Virus record (IMG/VR): IMGVR_UViG_3300032288_004964
Location: 1-64,000 of that record
Direction: 5' to 3' (one strand)
DNA: 64,000 nt
Shown in pieces: positions 20,854 to 29,104 of the stretch. The notes under the pieces are model-generated. The model searched no databases. It saw nothing but the letters and a program-made list of their open reading frames with translations, and had not been told where the DNA came from. Both the position numbers and the translations under genes were made by a program. Position 1 is the stretch's first letter; each line of letters starts with the position of its first letter.

Positions 20854-21518
20854 TTTTTATAAAATGGTTTTTCTACCCAGTTGGGTAAATCTAAATTTGA
20901 TATTATATTCAAATCCTGTTCTTTATTTTTATCAAATTTATCATAATCAAAATATGGATTATTAAATTGACAAATTGATTGTTTGCCTCTTCTAATAACA
21001 CCACATCCCCAATCTTTATTAACTACACAAATGTCTAAGTCATATCTTGTGCATCTCATCTTATATATGGCTTTCCAAACAGTTCCATTCCAAGCATCTC
21101 CAGCAGTTGTACTGTGATCATTGTAATAAGCCCTGGCATGATGTTCGGTAGGTGGATTACAATCATGTAAAACTATACTACCATTTTCTGAAAGATGATT
21201 TAGTGCATTATTTATATCTCTTTCTACTTGATCAGAAACATGTAGACCATCTATGAATATTATATCCCATTTGTAATCAAATGGTTTATCCAATAAACCA
21301 TTATCTATCATTGAGAAGAAGCTATCCGATGTGTATTTATATTTGGCTTGATTATTATCTGTTTCTAATCCAGGATCTACAGAATCTTTTGATTCACATT
21401 TAATATGGTTAAAACAATGAGATGGTTCTCTAAGACCTATTTCTAGATATTTTTTATAATTAAACTTTTCTGATAAAAAGTTAATGATATCAATTCTACT
21501 TTCAATTTGTTTTTCCAT
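20850..21518 (-). CDS. Class I SAM-dependent methyltransferase (Methyltransf_24-like)
   Basis: YLEIG, DIIFIDGLH...D..NAL..L..NG.IVLHD, WNGTVWK. Confidence 0.85.
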   Translation of the reverse strand: MEKQIESRIDIINFLSEKFNYKKYLEIGLREPSHCFNHIKCESKDSVDPGLETDNNQAKYKYTSDSFFSMIDNGLLDKPFDYKWDIIFIDGLHVSDQVERDINNALNHLSENGSIVLHDCNPPTEHHARAYYNDHSTTAGDAWNGTVWKAIYKMRCTRYDLDICVVNKDWGCGVIRRGKQSICQFNNPYFDYDKFDKNKEQDLNIISNLDLPNWVEKPFYKK

Positions 21519-21570
21519 ATCAATTATATCTACATAATATAATAAGTTTTATTAAATGATAATTTAGAAT

Positions 21571-21579
21571 TAATATATA
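21571..21579 (+). promoter_or_regulatory. Representative late-promoter motif TAATATATA (>20 copies in window)
   Basis: Lies 4-35 nt before starts and is oriented with the gene; copies listed in findings. Confidence 0.75.
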
Positions 21580-21584
21580 CATTT

Positions 21585-22331
21585 ATGAAACTTGTGAAGT
21601 ATTTAGAATTTAATCAATCTGATTTAAACGCTGTTAAATCATTTAGAATAAAAGATGATCTTAATCCTAAACTTTGGAAAGGATTTGAGATTAATGAAGA
21701 AGTTAGAGAAGATTTATTGAAAATTGCTCAAGATTTCTATGAATCTACTGAATTAAAAGCAGATGTTAAAGATATTGCTCTTACTGGGTCTTTAGCTAAC
21801 TATAACTGGTCTGAGAAGTATTCTGATTATGACTTACATATATTAATAGATTTTAATGACATTAACCAAGATGTTGAATTGGTTAAAAAATATGCGGATA
21901 GTGTTAAGAACATATGGAATAAAAATCATGATATCAAGATAAAGGGGTATGAAGTAGAGGTTTATATACAAGATATATCGGAACCACATAAATCAACCGG
22001 TATATTTTCCTTATTAAATAATAAATGGAATGTTAAACCTGAAAAAATAGAATTTACACCAGATGAAGATATGATAGCTGAAAAGGGAAAGTCAGTTATG
22101 ATGTTGGTTGATGATTTAGAAAAAGAAGTTGATGAAGATAAATATGAAGCTTTTGTTGAAAAAGTTCAGAAAGTATGGGATAAGGTTAAAAACTATAGAA
22201 AGAGTGGATTAGAAAGTGAAGGTGGTGAACTATCTATTGGTAATTTAGTTTTCAAGTTACTTAGAAGAAATGGGTATATTGAAAAAATAATGGACTTAAA
22301 AAGAAAGTCTTATGATAAACAATTTAAATAA
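21585..22331 (+). CDS. Pol-beta superfamily nucleotidyltransferase
   Basis: LTGSLANYNW...SDYDLH (GS...DxD) and EVEVYIQD. Confidence 0.8.
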   Translation: MKLVKYLEFNQSDLNAVKSFRIKDDLNPKLWKGFEINEEVREDLLKIAQDFYESTELKADVKDIALTGSLANYNWSEKYSDYDLHILIDFNDINQDVELVKKYADSVKNIWNKNHDIKIKGYEVEVYIQDISEPHKSTGIFSLLNNKWNVKPEKIEFTPDEDMIAEKGKSVMMLVDDLEKEVDEDKYEAFVEKVQKVWDKVKNYRKSGLESEGGELSIGNLVFKLLRRNGYIEKIMDLKRKSYDKQFK

Positions 22332-22334
22332 TTT

Positions 22335-23225
22335 ATGAAAGCTAAATACACAACTGAGAATTATATAGAGATGTGTAATAAAATACATGGAGATAGATAT
22401 GACTATTCTATGTTAGTTTACAATGGATTTAAAAACAAAGTATCTATAGTTTGTAAAAATCATGGAGTTTTTGAACAGAGAGCACAAGCACACTTAGAAG
22501 GACAGTGTTGTATAAAATGTTATAATGAAAGTAGAAATATAACTAATAGTGAGTTTATAAAAAAGTCTATAGAAATACATGGTGATAAATACACATATTC
22601 TGATTTTGTATCATTAAAAAAGAAAATACAAATTTTTTGTAAAAAACATGGATATTTTATACAAATGCCCTATAGACATCTAAAGGGACAGGGTTGTAAT
22701 TCATGTTCAAGAGAATTACATAGAATATCTCAGCAAGATTTTATAGAAAGATCCACAAAGATACATAAGGGTATTTATGATTACAGTAATGTTAAATACA
22801 TAAATCATTCTACTAAGGTAGATATTATTTGTAAAAAACACGGATCATTTAAACAGACACCAAACAATCATATGATTCATAGGAAAGGATGTATAAAATG
22901 TAGTAAAATGATATCTAAAATGGAGACAGATTGGTTAGACAAACTCGGTATCTATAATAGGCAACATAGAATTATTATTGAGAATAGAACATATATTGTT
23001 GATGCCTTTGATGTTTCTAATAAGATTATCTATGAGTTTTATGGAGATTATTGGCATGGCAATCCTAATATATACAGTCTGGATCTTATTAATAAAGTAA
23101 ATAATAAGAGTTTCGGTCAACTATATAAAGAAACTATAGATAGAGAAAAAACATTTTATAGAAATGGATATAAAGTTATTTCTATTTGGGAAGATGAATT
23201 TAAAAAAATGATTAAAAATGATTAA
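22335..23225 (+). mobile_element. Putative homing endonuclease (DUF723-like Zn repeats + Vsr/PD-(D/E)xK-like nuclease domain)
   Basis: Three HG..YDYS...K..I.C..HG.F.Q....H..G..C..C repeats; C-terminal YEFYGDYWHGNP...GYKVISIWE. Confidence 0.8.
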
Positions 23226-23910
23226 AATTTCAGAAATAGAACAATTGTTCAAAGACATATTCGAATCAGAAGATGGTGTGGTTAACTCAGTTGAGACTAT
23301 ATATGAAGCTCCTAAACATGGAGATTTTCTTAAATTGATAATTTCTATTCAGGGATTATCTGTAGAAGATGTGTCTATTATACATACTAAATTTATCTTT
23401 AAGGTAGATGAGGAAAAGAGAGAACTTATTGAGGACTCTTTTATTTACTTATATGATATTAATTGCGTTTATCACCAAATACAGATAAAAAACATAATAG
23501 ATATGAAGAAAAAAATTGAGGATATTATAGATTCTAATGATTTTGGAGAAGATATACAGATACTTTCTGACTTTATAGAGTCACCCGCTTTATTTCTAAA
23601 TTACTATATGAGAAGAGCTAATATAACAGAATACTCAATATTTGATGTGGAGTATCAACCTAAATTTAAAACTCAGCCTTGTTATAGAACCACATTTGAT
23701 TTCAAAATCAATATTAATAATAACTACAATATTGATTTGTCTATCTATAAGGTAGACACTGATGAGTTAGATGAATCGGATATTTATAGGTTTCAATTCA
23801 AATTTATGGATGAAATTCAAACAGTTGAAACAGACACATTGAAAAATATACATTATTTTATTGGAGATAACATAGCTAAAATTTTAGATAAAAAATTGAA
23901 AAATAAATAG
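23218..23910 (+). CDS. Hypothetical protein
   Basis: 230-aa ORF. Confidence 0.75.
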   Translation: MIKISEIEQLFKDIFESEDGVVNSVETIYEAPKHGDFLKLIISIQGLSVEDVSIIHTKFIFKVDEEKRELIEDSFIYLYDINCVYHQIQIKNIIDMKKKIEDIIDSNDFGEDIQILSDFIESPALFLNYYMRRANITEYSIFDVEYQPKFKTQPCYRTTFDFKININNNYNIDLSIYKVDTDELDESDIYRFQFKFMDEIQTVETDTLKNIHYFIGDNIAKILDKKLKNK

Positions 23911-23912
23911 AT

Positions 23913-24912
23913 ATGATAAAGAAATTTTACGAATTTAATGAATCATTAAAGAAAGTTGATAGTGGTGTAAAGAGAAAATTTGTGCCAAGTGGTTGGGTGA
24001 ATGTAAAAGTAGATAATGAATTATCTATCAGGATATCTAGATATGTTAAGTCTCTTGATAAAACATTAGCTACTAGACATAGAGCCAATTTATATGAGAA
24101 GATAAATAAACTTGGTAATATATCTAGTATAAAATATTTCTATGCAAACAAAAATAGGTATAATTACCCTTTTACAATATTTAAGAGAGATAAAAACACA
24201 ATTTAATGCACCATCTGGTGGGTTTCTCTTAGAGTCATTTTTGGCTGGTTTGATTTATGGTAAATTAGAAGAAACCGGTTTTGGAACTGCTGATTTAATA
24301 AATGATGATAGATCACTTATATATGATGTTGATAAGGAAGAGCTAAAATACCAAATCAAATTTTATAAACCAGGTTCTTCAATAAAAGTAAATATGAATG
24401 AAATTTGTGACTATTATGTTATTGCGTTAAGAGATGGTCAAAATGTTTCTGTTAATATTTTAGATGGAAAGAATATGGATGATCCTAGTTATATTGGTTA
24501 TTTTTCTACTAAAATACAAGGAACCGATGATTTTATAAGAGAAGATTCCAAAGGACAACATCTTATTATAAATACCAACAGATTAGGTTCACATACTTTC
24601 AAAGTTTTATTAAACTTGGATAATATAGATGAAAATATTGAAAAGATAGGTAAAGATGTTAAAAAGTCTATATCTGATGTTTATGATGCTATTTCCGATT
24701 TACACTATGATGTTGATGCTGTTATAACCGGAGTAGATAAGTTTAAAAGAAACATGAAGGTGGATAAGGCTTATCTAAGAGTTGAAAAGGATATACAAAA
24801 ACTTCAAGATAGTTTAAAACTGTTCACATTACACTATAAAGATACAATATATTCACCATCAATTGGTATATTTGGTGGAAGAAGAATACCACAAACAACA
24901 TCAACAACATAA
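23913..24912 (+). pseudogene. Probable single gene split by a +1 frameshift (ORFs 23913..24206 and 24142..24912)
   Basis: The ORFs overlap by 65 bp. Removing one A from the A4 run at 24131-24134 fuses them (...SINISMQTKIG...). Confidence 0.5.
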
Positions 24913-25550
24913 TGAGATATTTAGAAAATTTTGTTACATATATAAATGAGTCTACTGAAGATATCACTGATTTAACTAAAGAACAATTAGATGATTTACT
25001 TATTCCTATTAATGATTTAGGAGTAGAATATGATTTCTCAACGCCTAGTACAATAACAGATGGTGAGTTTGCTGGATATAAATCAATGAGTATTCATTTT
25101 AAAAATGATTTCAAACTTGATTCCGATAGAATTGTGGATGAAAGATTTTGGGATTTTTTAGATGAGTTAATAGCACTTAAAAATAGACTAGAAAGCTCAA
25201 GAGTTTCTATTAATTCAAATTGGAAAAATTATATAGTTATTAATTTTATTCAAAAAGCTAAAGTAGAAGGTGATTTATTTACAATTCAAAAGCTTTACAA
25301 TGATATGAATGCTAAAACAAATCATTCTAAAAGTGATTTTAACTATGGACTAGTTAAGAGGTTATATCCTGAAGAATTAAAGATTGTTGTTACCTGTGGT
25401 GGTAGTTTTGGAACCTCTGAATATACTGATAGAAAATGGAATACTCTTTTCAGAGGTGTAGATTTTTCTAAATTTAATGTTGATAAGAAAATTACTACTG
25501 ATGGATATGGTTATAAAAGTGCAACCGTTACAATTACTCTAAAAAAGTAA
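24912..25550 (+). CDS. Hypothetical protein with capsid-targeting-like N-terminus
   Basis: MRYLENFVTYINES. Confidence 0.7.
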   Translation: MRYLENFVTYINESTEDITDLTKEQLDDLLIPINDLGVEYDFSTPSTITDGEFAGYKSMSIHFKNDFKLDSDRIVDERFWDFLDELIALKNRLESSRVSINSNWKNYIVINFIQKAKVEGDLFTIQKLYNDMNAKTNHSKSDFNYGLVKRLYPEELKIVVTCGGSFGTSEYTDRKWNTLFRGVDFSKFNVDKKITTDGYGYKSATVTITLKK

Positions 25551-25587
25551 AAAAATATTTAATATATACAAAAAACTAATAATAAAG

Positions 25588-26019
25588 ATGGATAGTTATA
25601 ATGTGAATAGAAAAGTAGCCACTTTTGGTGATTTTTCAAATAATATAGAATCTGAAAAAGAAGAATTAAAAAAGGTTAGAAGATCAACCGTTCCTAATAC
25701 TCCTGATCAACAACAACACATCGGTAACGGTAGATATAAATTCAACAAAGTTACTCGTAAGATGGATGATTTAAGTCCTGAAGAAGTTCAAGATAAATTA
25801 GATGCTATTGATGAATTAGAAGAAACTAATGAATTATTTAATTTCAAAAAAACAGGGACATTAGATAACTTAAAGAAAGATATAGAAGGCGCTTTTAGTG
25901 AAGTAGTTATTCCTTCATTTGATACTTCTCCAGGTGGAAAAGATAAATATAGTTCTAAAACTCCAACAATTGAACAAGTAATAAAAAATATAGAAGAAGT
26001 TATATCTAAATATAAATAA
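25588..26019 (+). CDS. Hypothetical protein
   Basis: 143-aa ORF with TAATATATA at 25560 and a downstream terminator. Confidence 0.75.
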   Translation: MDSYNVNRKVATFGDFSNNIESEKEELKKVRRSTVPNTPDQQQHIGNGRYKFNKVTRKMDDLSPEEVQDKLDAIDELEETNELFNFKKTGTLDNLKKDIEGAFSEVVIPSFDTSPGGKDKYSSKTPTIEQVIKNIEEVISKYK

Positions 26020-26020
26020 T

Positions 26021-26051
26021 AAAAAACCTCAGATTTCTCTGAGGTTTTTTT
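26021..26051. terminator. Bidirectional intrinsic terminator
   Basis: A6-CCTCAGA-tttc-TCTGAGG-T7. Confidence 0.85.
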
Positions 26052-26271
26052 ATTTAAATATTTTATTTAATTTATATTCCCTTTTATCTTCTAATTCAAG
26101 TGGTTCAGCTATTAACTCACCATCTGATATTTTAATCTCCCATTTATTACCAGTCTTTTCATCTAGGAGAACCAATTTACTAATAACAGTATTACCATCA
26201 GAGTCTATGTGTAAAGAATTAGATCCATTAGGGTTATTAATTTGAAATGTATTACTTATTTGTCTAGCCAT
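26050..26271 (-). CDS. Small hypothetical protein (C-terminal REYKLNKIF motif)
   Basis: 73-aa ORF at the operon end. Confidence 0.7.
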   Translation of the reverse strand: MARQISNTFQINNPNGSNSLHIDSDGNTVISKLVLLDEKTGNKWEIKISDGELIAEPLELEDKREYKLNKIFK

Positions 26272-26273
26272 GT

Positions 26274-27218
26274 TTATAGTTTTTTACCAGTTGATGGGTC
26301 ATAGTTCATAATTAATAACTCAACTCCCTTAGCTTGTTCACCTTTGCCTTCTGAGTTATTACCACCTTGTGCTGAACTTCTAAAAACTTCTTTTTCAGTC
26401 CAGATATATTTGTCTCTTGGTAACAATTCTTCTAATAAAGGAAAATAGTAATAAGATAGTGACCAACGACATTTTGATTTTTTAATTAAATCTAATAGCC
26501 TTCTGTGTGATGCTGGTCCAAACATACCTTCTTTATCAGCTCCATACCAAGATAATCTTTTGGCATCATCATCTCCATTTTCATCAGGTCTGTGATATGG
26601 TGGGTCTAAATATAGATAAGTATCTTCTGAGTCATATTTATTAATAAGTTCTTCAAAATCAATATTAAGAAACTCCTTAATAGTGGATAACTTATCTGTG
26701 TATTTATTTTTCTTTAATTTATCAATAAGAACTTCTAGTTTCAAACGGTCTTTATCTTTCTTATAACCATTGAAACCAGCTCCTCTTGGATAAACCGAGT
26801 TGTGAGCTGATGTAATTAAGAAAGCATAAATTGCTGCTTTTTCAAAATCACCAATTTCAAAGTCCATATTATCTAGAAAATCATTCTTGATATATTCTCT
26901 ATAAATACCCTTATAGAAATCCCATTTTTTCAAAGGGTCTGTTTCTGTTGTATTTAGTAAGGTTTTTTTAAGATTCTCTAAGTGAATAACAAACTCAGCT
27001 GGTTGAGATGCACACTTATATAAATTAACTTGGTGACGGTTTTTATCATTATAGATAACTACATCAAACTTTAGTTTTGGATCATCCATATATGTTCCCA
27101 TTGAGCCAGAAAATGGTTCTAGATAAGTTTTGATACTACCATCTTTAGGTATTTTTGAATTTATAAATTCAATAAAAATATTTGAGGATTTTCCTCCAAA
27201 ATAACTTATAACTGACAT
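26274..27218 (-). CDS. dam: DNA adenine methyltransferase (Dam/D12 class)
   Basis: YFGGK, YLEPFSGS, YND, YLDPPY, ELLIMNY motifs. Confidence 0.9.
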   Translation of the reverse strand: MSVISYFGGKSSNIFIEFINSKIPKDGSIKTYLEPFSGSMGTYMDDPKLKFDVVIYNDKNRHQVNLYKCASQPAEFVIHLENLKKTLLNTTETDPLKKWDFYKGIYREYIKNDFLDNMDFEIGDFEKAAIYAFLITSAHNSVYPRGAGFNGYKKDKDRLKLEVLIDKLKKNKYTDKLSTIKEFLNIDFEELINKYDSEDTYLYLDPPYHRPDENGDDDAKRLSWYGADKEGMFGPASHRRLLDLIKKSKCRWSLSYYYFPLLEELLPRDKYIWTEKEVFRSSAQGGNNSEGKGEQAKGVELLIMNYDPSTGKKL

Positions 27219-27225
27219 TTTAATT

Positions 27226-27741
27226 TTATTTATTTTTATATTTGATTTGGTCTTCTAATGAAGGTCTTTGATTTCTCGGTGTTAATTCATCTCTAACTTC
27301 CATTAGAATTTTACCAAGATGATTTTGTCCTTTATCGCCACATTTATCACAGGTACATATACCCCAGTAGACATCGTGCCAATAATTACCTTCAACTATG
27401 TCTTGATTAGATGTATTAATTAGCATTTCTTTTAATTCTGGATTGTTTTTAAATTTCTGTCTAACTGCCCAGTTCATTACTTCTAATTTCTTTTCATCCC
27501 AGTTACTTCTTAGTTTAACTTTACTTCCAATCTTTTTAACTTCAGCTGGATTTTTAACTAAAGCTATCATTTCTCTAAAATCTCCAGGTGTGTAGTATTT
27601 ACCATTGATTAGTTGTTGGTCATTAACTTTCATGGCTACATAAAAGTTTTCCACTGATGGATATTTAATACCTTGATGTTCTATTTCACAAGGGTAAAAA
27701 TTAGATAAGAATCTATATCTGCCTTCAAATTTATTTATCAT
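27226..27741 (-). CDS. NADAR (YbiA-like) hydrolase
   Basis: FLSNFYP...YPSVE..Y...W......M...KF...IVEGNYWHDVYWG...GQNHLGKILMEVR. Confidence 0.92.
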   Translation of the reverse strand: MINKFEGRYRFLSNFYPCEIEHQGIKYPSVENFYVAMKVNDQQLINGKYYTPGDFREMIALVKNPAEVKKIGSKVKLRSNWDEKKLEVMNWAVRQKFKNNPELKEMLINTSNQDIVEGNYWHDVYWGICTCDKCGDKGQNHLGKILMEVRDELTPRNQRPSLEDQIKYKNK

Positions 27742-27770
27742 ACTTATTATATTAAATAATGTTTAATTGT

Positions 27771-28085
27771 TTACCAATACCAAGGTCCGTCTTTATAATT
27801 ATCTTCAAATACAAAATTATCAGATATGTTAATTAGCTTATAAAGGATTACTTTAGATTTAGCTCTTTGAATTCTATTTAATTTTTTACGATAGTGTTTA
27901 GGGGCAGTACTATACCATCCATAATATTCATTATAGAATTTGTACAGAAATTTTCTGTTTATTTCTTCTTCTCTAGTTGATGTTAGATAGTTTCTACTGC
28001 TTCTACTAAAAATAGCAGCATCTTCTAGTTTAAGTGAAATATATTCTTTTTCTCTTAACCAGTGTTTGTTTGTGTGTTTTGACAT
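27771..28085 (-). CDS. Basic, aromatic-rich hypothetical protein ending in WYW; start codon sequestered in a hairpin
   Basis: 104-aa ORF; leader structure described in findings. Confidence 0.75.
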   Translation of the reverse strand: MSKHTNKHWLREKEYISLKLEDAAIFSRSSRNYLTSTREEEINRKFLYKFYNEYYGWYSTAPKHYRKKLNRIQRAKSKVILYKLINISDNFVFEDNYKDGPWYW

Positions 28086-28108
28086 ATTGTAAGTTATTTT
28101 TTAAATAC

Positions 28109-28141
28109 TTACATGTCAATTCTATCTCTTAATTTTTTCAT
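28109..28141 (-). CDS. Putative leader peptide (uORF) MKKLRDRIDM
   Basis: ATG lies 5 nt after a TATATTTG box. Its last codons and stop form the 5' arm of a hairpin that pairs with the downstream ATG. Confidence 0.55.
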   Translation of the reverse strand: MKKLRDRIDM

Positions 28142-28145
28142 ACTA

Positions 28146-28153
28146 CAAATATA
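28146..28153 (-). promoter_or_regulatory. Bacteroidota-type -7 box TATATTTG
   Basis: Matches the TAnnTTTG consensus, upstream of the uORF/WYW/NADAR/dam operon. Confidence 0.6.
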
Positions 28154-28173
28154 TATAATTTTATTTAAATTGT

Positions 28174-28202
28174 AAAAACCCACAATTTTATTGTGGGTTT
28201 TT
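28174..28202 (-). terminator. Intrinsic terminator after tmRNA
   Basis: A5-CCCACAA-tttta-TTGTGGG-T5. Confidence 0.85.
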
Positions 28203-28206
28203 CTTG

Positions 28207-28584
28207 TGGAGATGAACGGTTCTGCCACCGATGTCTTAATAGTTGTTTATATTTATTCTTTTACAGGCTTAGTTATGTTTTTCTAAACTAACAAAATAGA
28301 TACTTTTTTTGAAGGACTCTAAAAAGTTACAAAAAATGGTCTCACCTTTTTTATCCTGTGTGAATCAGGTTGGAGAATTTTTTGATAGTAACTGTTTATT
28401 AGACAGTTGCTAGATCTTCTACCAAGATCATGTTGTTTTGTAGAGCCGCTACTAAATCTTCACGAGTTCCTACTTCATTTGTTTTGCCATTTACGACGTG
28501 TTACTTAATTTATTAATCGGACACTTAACCACCCGATACCTGCATAACTACCACCACACTACCAATCAATTCTAAAACATCCCC
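28207..28584 (-). ncRNA. ssrA: tmRNA (transfer-messenger RNA)
   Basis: 5' GGGGATG pairs with 3' CATCTCC-A, giving the G3:U70 alanine identity pair. Length is ~378 nt, with an internal tag ORF after gtaaat. CCA is not encoded. Confidence 0.88.
28399..28488 (-). other. tmRNA tag reading frame (A)GKTNEVGTREDLVAALQNNMILVEDLATV**
   Basis: Resume codon GGC follows TAAAT; the frame ends TAA TAA. Confidence 0.7.
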
Positions 28585-28606
28585 AAGTGTTATAATTATT
28601 ACATTA

Positions 28607-28637
28607 CAAAGATATATATAATATTCCAAAAGTCAAA
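28607..28637 (-). promoter_or_regulatory. Bacteroidota primary-sigma promoter TTTG-N19-TATCTTTG for tmRNA
   Basis: Exact match to the -33/-7 consensus and spacing. Confidence 0.7.
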
Positions 28638-28653
28638 AAAGTTTAAAAATAAA

Positions 28654-29103
28654 TTAGAAAGGAGCTTCATCATCTTCTAATCCTTCTCCATAATAGAAGT
28701 TAAATACTAAAAGTGGTTTGCCATCTTTAGTTTCCCACATTTCAAATTCAGAGTCATATTGAGGAAGAATATCTCTTTTTAATCTTTTAGCAGTGTCAAA
28801 AACACTTATAATTGATTCAATCTTTTCTCTATAACCCATAGTAACTGATATTGTTATATCAAGTTCATCATGTTCAACATAAACATCTTTAATACCTTTA
28901 TTCTTGAACATAGTTCTTAGTAAATATAGAAGGTTATCCATATCTGAATCACCAATCATTTCATCTTCCTCTTCTTCTTCGGTTGCCTTCTTTGAATGAT
29001 TTGGTCTACCAAAAAGATATTCATCATCATTATAATATGATTCATCTTCATCATAATCTTGTTCGTATTCTTCGAATAGTTCTTTATAATTCTTTAGTTT
29101 CAT
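28654..29103 (-). CDS. Acidic hypothetical protein with capsid-targeting-like N-terminus
   Basis: MKLKNYKELFEE. Confidence 0.75.
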   Translation of the reverse strand: MKLKNYKELFEEYEQDYDEDESYYNDDEYLFGRPNHSKKATEEEEEDEMIGDSDMDNLLYLLRTMFKNKGIKDVYVEHDELDITISVTMGYREKIESIISVFDTAKRLKRDILPQYDSEFEMWETKDGKPLLVFNFYYGEGLEDDEAPF

Positions 29104-29104
29104 A

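Noticed and set aside
28207-28240. Stand-alone tRNA gene
   Set aside because: The tRNA-like 3' end pairs with a 5' end ~370 nt away, so it is the tmRNA; no other cloverleaf was recognised by eye.
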